Shown: one piece after another, positions 34,801-42,500 of the stretch | Layout: the number at the start of each line of letters is the position of its first letter | Position numbering within the stretch: the first letter of the stretch is position 1 | Virus record (IMG/VR): IMGVR_UViG_3300035501_000169 | Coordinates: 30,455-94,454 of that record | Origin: a virus | Taxonomy: Duplodnaviria; Caudoviricetes | DNA length: 64,000 nucleotides | Strand: one strand, 5' to 3' | Notes under the pieces: model-generated | Told to the model about the DNA's origin: nothing | The model's database searches: none | Seen by the model: only the letters and a program-made list of their open reading frames with translations | Program-made: the position numbers and the translations under genes

Positions 34801-36525
34801 TTCTTTTTGAGCATCAAGACTTCTATTATGAGCATAAGCTGCATTAATGTCAGCTTGTCTACTATAAAATTCTTGACTTGTTTTATAACTAGCATCTATC
34901 GTTTCTTTAAGAATAGTAGCTAATGTTCTAGCATTTTTAGCAATATTTTTCTCACCTGCATTAGTAATATAATTAGCTATAGCAGAGTCATCAATAGTAG
35001 GATAATAACGACGAAGCTGTCTAGCAAGTTCTGAAACTATTTCAGCTTTTCTATCTTCAGCTTCTTCTATTAGAGCTAGTCTATCAGCGACATCCATAGT
35101 TTCGTCACCTTGAAGTTCTTCAACTCCTTTATAAAGTTCTTCAACTTCACGAATTTGTTTATTAAGACCTTCAAATACTGCTCTACTACTTTTATCATCT
35201 GTACGAATAGCTGTAGCTTTTACACTATTAAGAAATTCAAATTTAAGAGAAGTATATTTATCAGCAGACCTATTACTAATTCTGCTATTAACACTTTCTC
35301 CATCCATTGTAGTTTCAAGTTTACTAATTACTATCTTACTAAAAGTACGATAAACTTCATAAGCAAAATTGGTATTTTCTTTAAGATAATCAGCCATAGT
35401 ATGAAATGCTGCAAATCCAGGAACATCATCTGCAATACGTTCAATAGATTCTATCATAGCATTTACATTGGTAAAGTTTCCATAACCATAAAGTACAGAA
35501 CAACATTCTTCTGCGTTCATAGTATCAGGAATACCAAGGTCATTATCCAAATTAAAATCAGGATTACCATTAACTGACAAACCACTATTAAGTTTTTTAA
35601 GACTATTAAGATAACTTCTAATACTCATATCAACATGAGTCATAAAGTTATTATAATCACCAAGTTTTTCATTAAGAACTCTAATAGAATTATTTTTATC
35701 ATCAGTAGGAGAATTATTAGACTCGTCATCAGAATCTTCACCTTCTTCTCTTTCTTCTTGTTCTTCTATAGCATTATATGTTGTATCTTCTGTAACTTCA
35801 TTTTCGTCAAATCGTAAATCACCTAAACGACTATCAAGCCAAACTTCTTCAAAATAAGATTCTCTATCAGCATTCATTTCTTTATAAACTGCCATTAGAT
35901 TTAAATCTTGAACAACAGGATTATCTCCAAGAAGCTTTTCGAGTTCTTCAGTGTTATTAGCATCCATTAAGTCATAAACTTCATCAACAGAAATACCAGC
36001 TTTCTGAGAAAGTCTATCAGCAAGAAGTTCTTCTATACGAGCTTTAACAGCATCTGCAAAGAATTCTTTTTTAGTAGCATAACCGTTTTCTTTAATAGTT
36101 TTATTAATATTAGAATTTTGGTCATGCATAATCTGATGATAAAAGTCTAATGCAAAATTAGCAGCAACTCTTTTACCAAATATTCTAGCATTAACACTGT
36201 TATATCCAAAACGACCTACTTGCGTAGAATCGTTTTGGATTTTAGAAGAATAATTTATGTCAGGATGATTATAATTGTAATATTCTCTAACATAATTAAC
36301 AACGTCATTAACACGAGTACTAGGGATGTTATTAGCATCTATTCCTAATTTAGCTTTAAGCTTTTCAGCAAAGTCATCTTTAAACTTAAAGTCGTTTCCA
36401 TTTTCAGAAGTATCTACTTCAAATACCTCAGAAACATAAGAATTAAGAAGAGTATCATTACTTCCAGTAAAGTTTCTTAATTCATTTGTAACTGCTGTAG
36501 CAGTTATTGTAACATTACAACTCAT
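22801..36525 (-). CDS. giant virion-packaged RNA polymerase (crAss-type), 4574 aa
   Basis: GYRIPTEGKQS and GSDFDIDS (DxDxD at 31396-31410), NDAQSYIT; size and position typical of Crassvirales. Confidence 0.9.
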   Translation of the reverse strand: MSCNVTITATAVTNELRNFTGSNDTLLNSYVSEVFEVDTSENGNDFKFKDDFAEKLKAKLGIDANNIPSTRVNDVVNYVREYYNYNHPDINYSSKIQNDSTQVGRFGYNSVNARIFGKRVAANFALDFYHQIMHDQNSNINKTIKENGYATKKEFFADAVKARIEELLADRLSQKAGISVDEVYDLMDANNTEELEKLLGDNPVVQDLNLMAVYKEMNADRESYFEEVWLDSRLGDLRFDENEVTEDTTYNAIEEQEEREEGEDSDDESNNSPTDDKNNSIRVLNEKLGDYNNFMTHVDMSIRSYLNSLKKLNSGLSVNGNPDFNLDNDLGIPDTMNAEECCSVLYGYGNFTNVNAMIESIERIADDVPGFAAFHTMADYLKENTNFAYEVYRTFSKIVISKLETTMDGESVNSRISNRSADKYTSLKFEFLNSVKATAIRTDDKSSRAVFEGLNKQIREVEELYKGVEELQGDETMDVADRLALIEEAEDRKAEIVSELARQLRRYYPTIDDSAIANYITNAGEKNIAKNARTLATILKETIDASYKTSQEFYSRQADINAAYAHNRSLDAQKEERKVSPDEYMDITPLYEKEYVDSSSQAAAFRLAKELVRYTLVKTELNSRNVHGNQSSDVINNSMITNILNTLRTPEALKNFGIYKSQTRQYDFSNIMVEHRDENGRIINFGLFSHNPETNEFTPTSYAARMLNARLFNGASDMGSSTSVLYSEMSKGDYVATGFINFFNAEENRDSEREGDSIDFANYFMRIPSDAPKNFIISAPKYTIRESASGKNDGLFTIDNISEARKLVQQQINSLYRITEEEYLGKYVALNPTKRTLRQLVSDATSKNIGNIFINSLKQVNEKDAKVGDTVTMTFNYRTQEGVDNIYILKGTLSRDNGRLILKAPEFVSFADNAHSSDVNNSLKNHFERKLINSGDIKRSINKNHPLYKQFKHAFMQELQDAATALDKFFVNENGLIATDGENFTFNEGYDNTKNTARKLYAVYHVGKGKTILDKTENGISKLTGSVFHSDRFVITHTDENGNVSEVNYGEKILEEAFDFLYGGANNTYLHTKRGQKGVSVELTDEQENIVDKYLSQFINDYVEDTRERITQYEDFIPQHLLTDDNVAEFALNHHLMYVSFNDLFEGDTKFYKDTQTFLKRAKESQGSGVPYGIVDYTMNLSTPREQIESRLNDKTFVRKKADGTTETLEIGQYNKFRGVTIKNTVRTSEECSIYDAKKKTKDGVVTKKLIDALHEGGMSVKAATEKARNMMSGFNGTTVNDAQSYITFEEWIRRVSARGQLEKYMPLIEAVLDETKPLDANVIGEFIQVQKNFYYDQHYNEKLGVIAPRQIKNAEFVLVPRLIEGTQLEQVYNLMKEKGIDQLNTEETSKAGKCNVLTIWNDKGEITEENVEDFRLNATGAVEEYNYNYLYTQQETPQHVDNKNKAGIQIMKKILDNIVPGSELYSKKEEFFKLYSANIKESFQDLVDELNLQLDENGNLKLEDKNGKRDITGLDVQLFYDRLKEEVARLGLDSNMMDYVTLAENANINDDVPDTKMPTYLSSVSTKLESIAQSMFNSRITRQKLPGFHAAQITNVGWSPLSGQVQSRSYSKDLKYHPDGKPYIEIMLPANNFGLKREKADGSRKTDEELLEELQNSGLDTMIGYRIPTEGKQSICVMKVVGFTDDALGSTIVVPDDWVSQTGSDFDIDSVYGINFKGKVNKKTGLIEKIPYKQEVTEQDYFSYIRRKLDHKVSTKIKGQIESLKEAINDKRNEDYNDMLETEGEKYHALPDEVRNEIKKLQEKHTSGKSKLEKYTQQNNNVVEGLTQYIENNELSEDVKSQIQEYITVRQGINDFINNASEDYREKLMNGISELQEERLANIEKLAKDAGLLSYQEYSNLDATERNNRDARNNQLLQSMIDILSSSESLEENLSRSNFEDIINARNASIDENIAKRRNQRSPYNFLDQAEYQEDVMSGAKLKAFSVTRDTFCSICNTVRPTISDAQQVKIVYRAEDGYTKAALKKTFDNVEEISDGVFVVSHNTFGWTKNNKNSVGKILTAYSSQTTAHILDAVKEGAIPNVNDLTFQVYKLFPDLGSDYETGVSFIMQPGISRIVDAYNSNKSIYSKDNKNPVHTAIKSLAKELLSIDGIEVSDRESIDSIMTKLQKYNGQVARLFGAGTANFKISLDDKESAKLLIAASRLKDRLKDKGIFEGSSPVEMKMRLLYDLGVILQYNKLSHLGNSISSYARVCNPDKFGAKQTIFATNKVFDDIDELSREEHPALYVESKEKGNQTFLEAIYPGVTRGLDNYITSSDMNSAYPPLHHFLKYATATAIKVNRHLFKTQSREFVSDVSLIKLAFTGDNKTLSEKVYKEYQNYILNYIYGQTDAVRNKVTYIQGEGFRFEAGTDVEEERRRIFGYGKSPDLRVKNEDGEMVEFEVEDINNPTQKEIDQFATLSPAQKVTWIQEHFRETGVFKYIRTTLFNNTQYRKTKAGAQTIEYVEGNDNIETVYNEFNKCFYNSNPLIALASLDIVKYAFAVEGFKMKRNAVNKVIKNDALIDDADHDGTGIVNQLNTKIRDIDTMNTDELRNNFVRSHYSSMYQIATHRVEKVNKQFELSRNLGDDIVLIDLATKEGKELAEKYDFIFTTGDKGNYSVNQYVKLRFGKVEKLYKIKEYGNHIYAYPLNKLEENESSTWSVNVANNVNPDESYYQALLSAIEDENPNTDEYSRAIEEARAKKSEHKFVNKNKAEHSTYATTFNINAERTVDSGGFEDVRNKVTNFFKTNPRGRLYLRSAALANYIKYTSAANGSIQTINGRQYVIQKVDFSKYNKKYIGKNNEHREVQERDPQIQAIMENAQLAGYRVNDAFLITPYNERQATVEVDEEETPNEIMHSSVTELGTHSMQTMWRRQISENDMSAAKALKRLHDKDIKSTDASVKNNVNEVITTTAEYVQVTTDKILNDLEYFIPDAEGHYHSVNDSETIDLIRNNPEERKRFLKTLLDARAFVRNYRMINDLDIDSEDPAIRNYLTKIKTAINKLQNATIINNAEERFANEYLAKLSENPLVQGDILSLLDGYHSAAAFDAWVNDLQETSSPLLQIITKEVMGDIRAKEMLATKRIREFRDKVKEIKGKAGANAINWKHIIDEDGKFVQDYNQEFIDKLNQLREDIGAKRSEFGEGSIEHLKAKYDYDKFKLEHTNQLLVDDYYQRKLELENHMLTHYSKTYSVYKKLDARRKDILSHAVNGTLEESYQDELKQVKKEMDALTAPYFFNSSTGQFEEKFSNSDPNNPLRGDDRAIMSIEAANALSSHLSAMRDLRKEYFAQDAKFGFDEELEKNLDIISNYEMRDSTGNITTPVSELMKHDDYVKAKEWVEHNARYVVGEETQKLINDAFAILREKRSGRQILSAIAKRDNLYDSHGVIDATKISDEDIAKIKAEQLANYNIREGQPFSDRSLINSAPTDDTIFSSAFYKGMTLNGAKNQDYIAKVNEINAILLPYYDNSSKTVYTAKMTTEELEKLDKLYEELEDIKKTENSSNGKSVHKFIKDHVEFVYDMDKYQAEKDAAIAIGGNYLRVWQRVNERIEEIDGKDTVVPNKYIYGYAVPKGYKKDGTGDNTYVDKKKTDALRTVRAYTTSTKTEYYYQKYKEMQAKGKEEFNAWYNANHIYNPYTHAKEPIQCWTRLEVNQMADDGEHTEAGMWVPAFGQLETRPKDGRDGEPDYLNHNYKQGASTAANYKKEGFTPQQHDNLPFGVDNINFDSTDYSNKNNMTDAEREMKELFENTLRSMATTNSAKRFLDRGYMASRAKSPERDAKFYAKEAAKMLGWIEGASGKEDWTEDVDYATDETIDMPMMSTLKSKDSVKVNYKMPDKKDYEDENAYNEAVKTYNENKKKAEEQNAKIHRELLDDNWESVMEDFIEKAAHFNAIQDNKYMLFYAKNMLDKIDVFVKNEGFNNLQKEGSRNAEGETRYVTKKDTRLQEQYVNWIRRLVYDQWKKPNNRLTRTANIMQSLTSAKFMMLNITGGIANVTVGETQILGESLAREYFGMDTYLKGKATWQTSLPSFFADMYSERASSLGSAIVKFMNVVDFDENSGLVHVPDAEEYMKRARDLMFSPQAMGEHFMQNGAMFSMIHSHRLFINREKDSNGKLSYTLKNEAEHMRDANEKALQDVLTDSQKQLWKKFTEYETKDANNKKEYAWFRKDLTTEFANLYLNDEQKKEFIDKRKDYQNKAKAEFNDDTEHPTLMSQLKLGKDGKLDFKEDSKLMEMGDEAYQLLGRFKGRVISVNKKIHGVYDRLGAAKWESYWWGGIVMQYHKHLYPGIMKRYRRQGYFNEERGTVEKGCYASIKDFLSLPLHKKKFVNKLKADTNISDSELQSVQGIQNIIKNYIEFALHVKTNYQMLPEYDRANIRRAIGDIAGVASALCMAIALRVIAGGDDDEGIIYNLAMYECDRLASESFMYNPFGLMSEGKKLWSSPVAVENGIEDIFSSLGFIAQWCMQGDDFDPYYQTGLYAGENKLWVNVRRQIPVYHAINMVERLNRSNKYYKLGDNMLSIVPVKDIADWIRK

Positions 36526-36591
36526 ATTATTATACTTTATTTAATATATTTTTAAGCCATTTCAGCCATTTAATTTATCGACCTTAACAAG

Positions 36592-39500
36592 TTATCGACA
36601 AGACGATTGAATTGCAGCAGAGCGCACGAGAGCAGCAAATTTTGGCTGTTGGTCAATCGGTAATCTCTCTTGAAGTGATTGAACTGACGGTACATTAGAA
36701 CCAAGTTCAGTAACACTGCTATGATGAATGTTATCATCAGTAGTAGAAAAATCTCCATTGTTGTTAGTAGCAGATTTAATTTGATTAGAGTTAAAAGCAA
36801 TATAATCTGTAGCAGCTCCTTTAGTACTATCTACAACATTTTCTGCTATAATACCATCAAATTTACTTCTATCTAATGTTTGAGTTAGTTCATCAGTGCT
36901 AGGATTAGTTATTGTTCTTTCAGTTTCAACATACTCATAAGCACTTCTTATATAATCGTTATCGTTTACAGCATCTTTACCATAAATTTGTTCTACAGCT
37001 AATCTATAAACATTATCTTCTTGACCTTTTGGAACGTTTATTTCTCGTTTACCAAGAAGAGGATGATTATAATAAAACTTCTCACTTACTCCAGTCCAAT
37101 GTTGACCTTTATAATCTTCAACATGAGGATTTCTAATATTAAGAAATACTTCCATTATATTAGAGGCATTATGCTCAAAAGAATAGTCTAATACAGCATT
37201 TTTATCTGAAATAAAGAAGAACGAATTTTCAGCAGTATTAAGATTTCTACCAGAAACATCACTCTTAAAAGTATCAAATTTAGCTCCTGATTTAGAACCA
37301 TGATAAACTACAAGAGGTTCACCATTTTCATCAACCACTTTACTAGCTTGACTAGGATTATTTTCCCAATCACCAAACCAACCTTTAAAAGATTCAGTTC
37401 TAACTTGCAACCATTGTCTTTCACTAAGATTAGTAGGATTGCCATTAGGAGCTTTCATGAAAGTTCCATTAGCAATAGCATTAGCTTTTATAGTTTCCAT
37501 TTCAGGAGTAGTATTGTTCATTTCAGTAATACTACTCTTAAATTTACCTCTCATTCGTCTACTATTATCTGAACCAAACTTATTAGGTTTAGCAGGTTCT
37601 TCTACAGGTTTAACTTCTATTTGAGGTTTTTGTTCTTGTTTGGTAGTTTCTGTAGAAGTTTGTTCCGTTTGTGTAACAGCTTCTTTATTTTTATAATTCT
37701 CAGCTGTTACTTTACCATCTAGAACATCTTTAGCAGCATCATCAAGATATTCGTATCTTATTTTACCAGGATGAGGATTCTTAGAAAGAATACTTCTAAG
37801 GTCAGGAGCAGCACCCCTAAATTCTTCACCGTCTTGTAAAATTTGACTTCTATTTGGATTATCATAATTACGCTTAAGTTCAGGATTTCTAACAGAATAA
37901 ACTGCAGTTCCACCCATATCAGTTCCGTCTTTTCTTTTAGCTCCTTTAGGAGTATCATAATTAACTTTGATAGGAATAATATAAGTACCTGCTACAGAAA
38001 CTCCATATTTATCTTCAAGACATTGTTTATAAAGTTGAAGTTGTCTATTCCACTTCTTACTCTTATCAATATCTTGCATATAATCTTCAGAATGAACAGT
38101 TTTCATATCAAAGATATAAAACTTACCATCCTGGTCATATCCAAGTAAATCAAGAGTACCAGTAACATTAAGCTTTTTAATAGAACCATCAGGCATAACT
38201 ACATCTACTTTACCAATAGCTTTTATATCTCTTGATACAATAGTTATATTTTTACCTTTAATGGTCTTTCCTTTCTTTAAATCATCTTTAAATGTTTTAA
38301 GTTGTTCTCTAAACTTAGCCCAATCAGAACCTGTAACATTAGGATAAGCAGCTTCAAGTTCTTCATCAGACATATTATCAAGTTTGCCTAAGAAGAAGTC
38401 ACGAGTAAATTCATCAACTCCAGTACCAATATTAGTAGAAGGAGTTACCCAAGGACTGTTTTTATCAAATCGTTTAGGAATACCGTTTACTACATTTTCT
38501 TCATCAGCTTGAATTGCACTAGTTACACGAACACCAAGTTCATTAGTTTCTGAGTTTATATAATAAACTTCATCTTCAGTAAGATTAGCTTTTTCACCAT
38601 CTTCCTGAATTTTATTAACTAACTCAACAGTTTCGTCAATAGCAGTTCTATCTGAAATATCGTCTTGCATTGAAGCTCTAAGAGTATTTAATTCTTTTTC
38701 ATAAAGAGAACCTTTACGAACATCCCAACCAAACACTTTAGCCATTAGTTCAAGAACTTTTTGAAGCAAGTTCTTAGAACCTTTTCTACTTTCAGAAACA
38801 GCATCAATAGAATTAAGAGTTCTAGCAAGTTCTTCACTAGTTAAACTTTCAACAAGAAACTCTTCTAAAGCCCTATCTTCAGTTTCATTTTCAAAAAGAT
38901 ATTGTTTGAAATGTTCAGCATTATCAACTTTACCACTTTCAAGAGCTGCTTTAAACTCTTCATAAATTCCTTTAGCACTATGCAGATAACTTCTTTTATT
39001 TTTACCTGATAGGGCATCATGAAGACCTTCATGAATAAGTTTACGAATAGCTTGCTTTCTTGAAAGAGGATTACTAAACATATCAAGCCAACGTTTACCT
39101 ACTGTAACTTCATGAGTTTTAGTATTAATTTCAGCATTAATATGTTCATATCCTTTTCGGTTGTTAAATTCTGCATCAAATTTAATATTTTTCGGTAAAA
39201 TACCAAGCGATTGAAATGCTTTTAACGTACTTTCAGTAAAAGCAGGGTCAGTTCCAACTAAAGTTTTAACTATATCAACTCCTTTGTCATTACTATTAGA
39301 ATTAAGAATGTTAGTTACTTGTTCATTAATAGTAATATTAGTTGGTTTAGTTTCAGTAGGTTGAGCAGGAGTTTGCTCTTGTTGAGCTGTACCATTCTCT
39401 TCTACGGGGGAGGTAGTAGTTGTGGCAAGACTTACTTCAAGAGTCTGATTTCCTTTTTGACTGCGAATGCCACGCCTACTATAATTACTTTTTCCATCTT

Positions 39501-42500
39501 CAGAAGGTTTAGTATTAACTCTAAGAAGATTATTATTCAACATAAACTCATTATATGAATTATATGTCCAAGTTTTATCTCCTATTTTAATTTCAAATTT
39601 ACCATTACTACGAGTAGCAAAACCTTTCAAAGACATATTTGAAACGTTATCACTATCTACATAAGCATAACTAACTTGAAATTTAAGATTATTAATAAGT
39701 TCTTTGATTGCCCTATGAGCTTCTGGACTATTAATATCTACGTTTTTAGTTTTCTTACCATTAGAATTAACAGCAAATTCATCATTTCCTACAGTAATCT
39801 TAGTAGCAAAAAGACCTTTACTTCCTTTCTTAAAGATGTTAACCATATTACTAGTTCCAGGAAGAGCAATACTTACATAAGGAACTCCATTTCTAGTAAC
39901 ACCGGAAGTAAAACTTAAACCTCTAAACATACTTCTATTACCATTATTTCCACTAAGAAGTTTTTCAAAGAATGTTTTAAGATTATCAAAACTTGCATCA
40001 GAAGGATTATTGGCAAACTCATTTAGAAGTTTTGTAACTTCATCTTTTACAGCAGTTACGATGTCTTTTGCATCTTGACCTATATAATCATCTACAACTC
40101 CAGCAGGAAAAGCTTGAGCATATCCAGGTCTTCCACTTCTATTAGGAATTATAACAAAAGTATTACCACCACCAACACCAGATAAAGTTTGCATTGGCAT
40201 ACCTGCGACTTTAAGCATACCAACATTTGCGTTATCAGCAATAGCTACGTGTTGTACTTCAGGATTAACTCCACCAGCTATAGCTTTATCTACTGGAAGG
40301 GCTTCTTGTTCTGCTTGAACTTTATCATTTTCAACAATACGAATAAGTTCACCATCGCTTATACTTGTAATAGTAACATCTGCTTTTGCTCCATTTAGAA
40401 GTGCTTCTGTAAAATCATAACTAGCATTAAGTTTTTTAAACCATTTTTCAATAGATGATTTAAGACGAATATTTTTACCAGTACTTACATCTCCGGTAGC
40501 ATAAGCAGTAAATCGCCAAAGTTTAACAAGACCATTGATAAGTTGTTTGTTATCAGCTTGTTTAGCAACTAATCCTTTTTCTTTAGCAGCTTTAACTTCA
40601 GCATTGTTAGCAAACTTATCAAGAAGTTCTTGTTTACGTTCAGGAGTAGCTTTAGTAAATGCTAATTCATAAATTAGGGAATTAAGTTCTACACAATCAT
40701 CAGTTTTACTAGTAAGCCATCTGAAAAAAGTATCTTTAAGTCTACTGTTTATAGCTCCATTATTAGATGAAAGAATATCATATATCCATCCATCGTTAAC
40801 CATTTCGTAAGCTCCAGTTTTAGCATTACGCTTAGTTACAGGAATAGTACCTATGACTTTACCATTTTTATCTCTAAAAGAAAGACGTTTATTATCAACT
40901 GTGACACTAAGTTTATCTCCTTTATTAAGTGCATCTAGAGCGTCATAATATTCGCTAGTTTGTTCATCGGTAAGTTCAGAAAGAATACTATTTATATCAA
41001 TGCGATGACTATTATTCGCGCCTTCACGTTCTTTTTGACGTTCTTCAGAACTTTTAGCAACATTATTTATAAAATTAGATTTATCAACTTCTTGTTCATC
41101 TATTAAAGCATAATCTTTTCTAGCTTCATCAGTTTTTAGATATTCTTTAAGAGATTGATAAATCATACCAGCTACTGTGCTATCAGAAGTAACTTGATTA
41201 GAATAACGTAGTAAATCTTCAAGAGTAACATAATATTTACCATTCATTCTATTAAGTCCCATTTCTTTAGCATATTGTTCCATCATAGCTCTAACTTTCT
41301 CAACATACTCTTTAGCATATCCAGTAGTAGAACTAGATTCAACTATAGATGATTGAGTAATAATAAGCTCTTCGACAGAACTTTGCATACTAGTAGGAGC
41401 GTTAGCTTCCATTCTAGCAATACGACGTTTAATAACTCCTAAACTCCAAGCAGCAGCTTTTTCAACTGAAACTCTATCAGCTCCAGTTTTAACTAAATCT
41501 TCTACAAACTTTTTAGCTACAGCATCTAAATCTACATCTTTGTTAGCGTGTCTTTCTCTTTGAAGAATACCTAAACAATTAAATTTAATTTCATCTGCAG
41601 CATCACTTTGGTCAACAGTAGGTTCTACTGTAGCATTAACAGGATTATTTACTACAGCAGGTTTAACTTGTGGAGTTTCTTCAGCAGAAGGAGTAACACC
41701 AGCTTGTTCAGGGACATTGTTATCAGTAGCAGGTTGTTCTTGAGAAGCTTCAGTTTGAGTTTGAGTAGATTCAGTAGCAGGAGTAGGATTACTTTCATCA
41801 TTTTGACCAAGGTCTGCCTCATTACCGACCTCCCCCGTAGAAGGGTTGTTAGTAGTTTGTTCATCTGCTTGCCCTGCTACTTGTTCAGCTTCATTATTAC
41901 TTTCAGCATCTTCTTGTTGAGCTTCTAATGTATCAGTATATCTAAGTTCGCCTTGATAAATGATTTCAAGTTTGCCTTTTTTATTGCGTCTAGCAATAGG
42001 CATACTAGCAACTTCATAATCTCTAGTTATATCAAATCCATCAGCATTGGAAAAGAAGTCTTTTGCTTTAAGCAATTTTTTATCTCCACGAACATCAATA
42101 GTGAATGTTCCATCACCATTGTCATAAACCGCTACACCGCCGTTATCTTTACTACTGTGGTGAACACTACCTTTATCTTTTCCACCAAGATACCATTTAG
42201 CATAAAAAGACGGAGTTCTGTTTTGGATATTTTGTTGGTCAAACTGTTGTGGTATGTCCTCAATTTGCCCATTATTTTGCTCTGTATTCGATTGTGTATT
42301 GTCAGTTGATGAATTGTCAATCTCATCACCTAATTGGCTTGTATCACTTTGTTGATTTGTGGTAGAACTCTGACTTTTATCATCTTTATTTTCAACACTT
42401 CTACCAGCAGCCATTGCATCTTCAAGAAAGAATATAGTTTCAAGATGTCTAGCAAGAGATTGATTATACGACTTAGTTAAAGCAAGAACGTCAATAGCAT

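Noticed and set aside
2549-36525. Introns or inteins in PolB, primase or RNAP
   Set aside because: ORFs are continuous, and I recognised no intein-type C...HN junctions or homing endonuclease ORFs.
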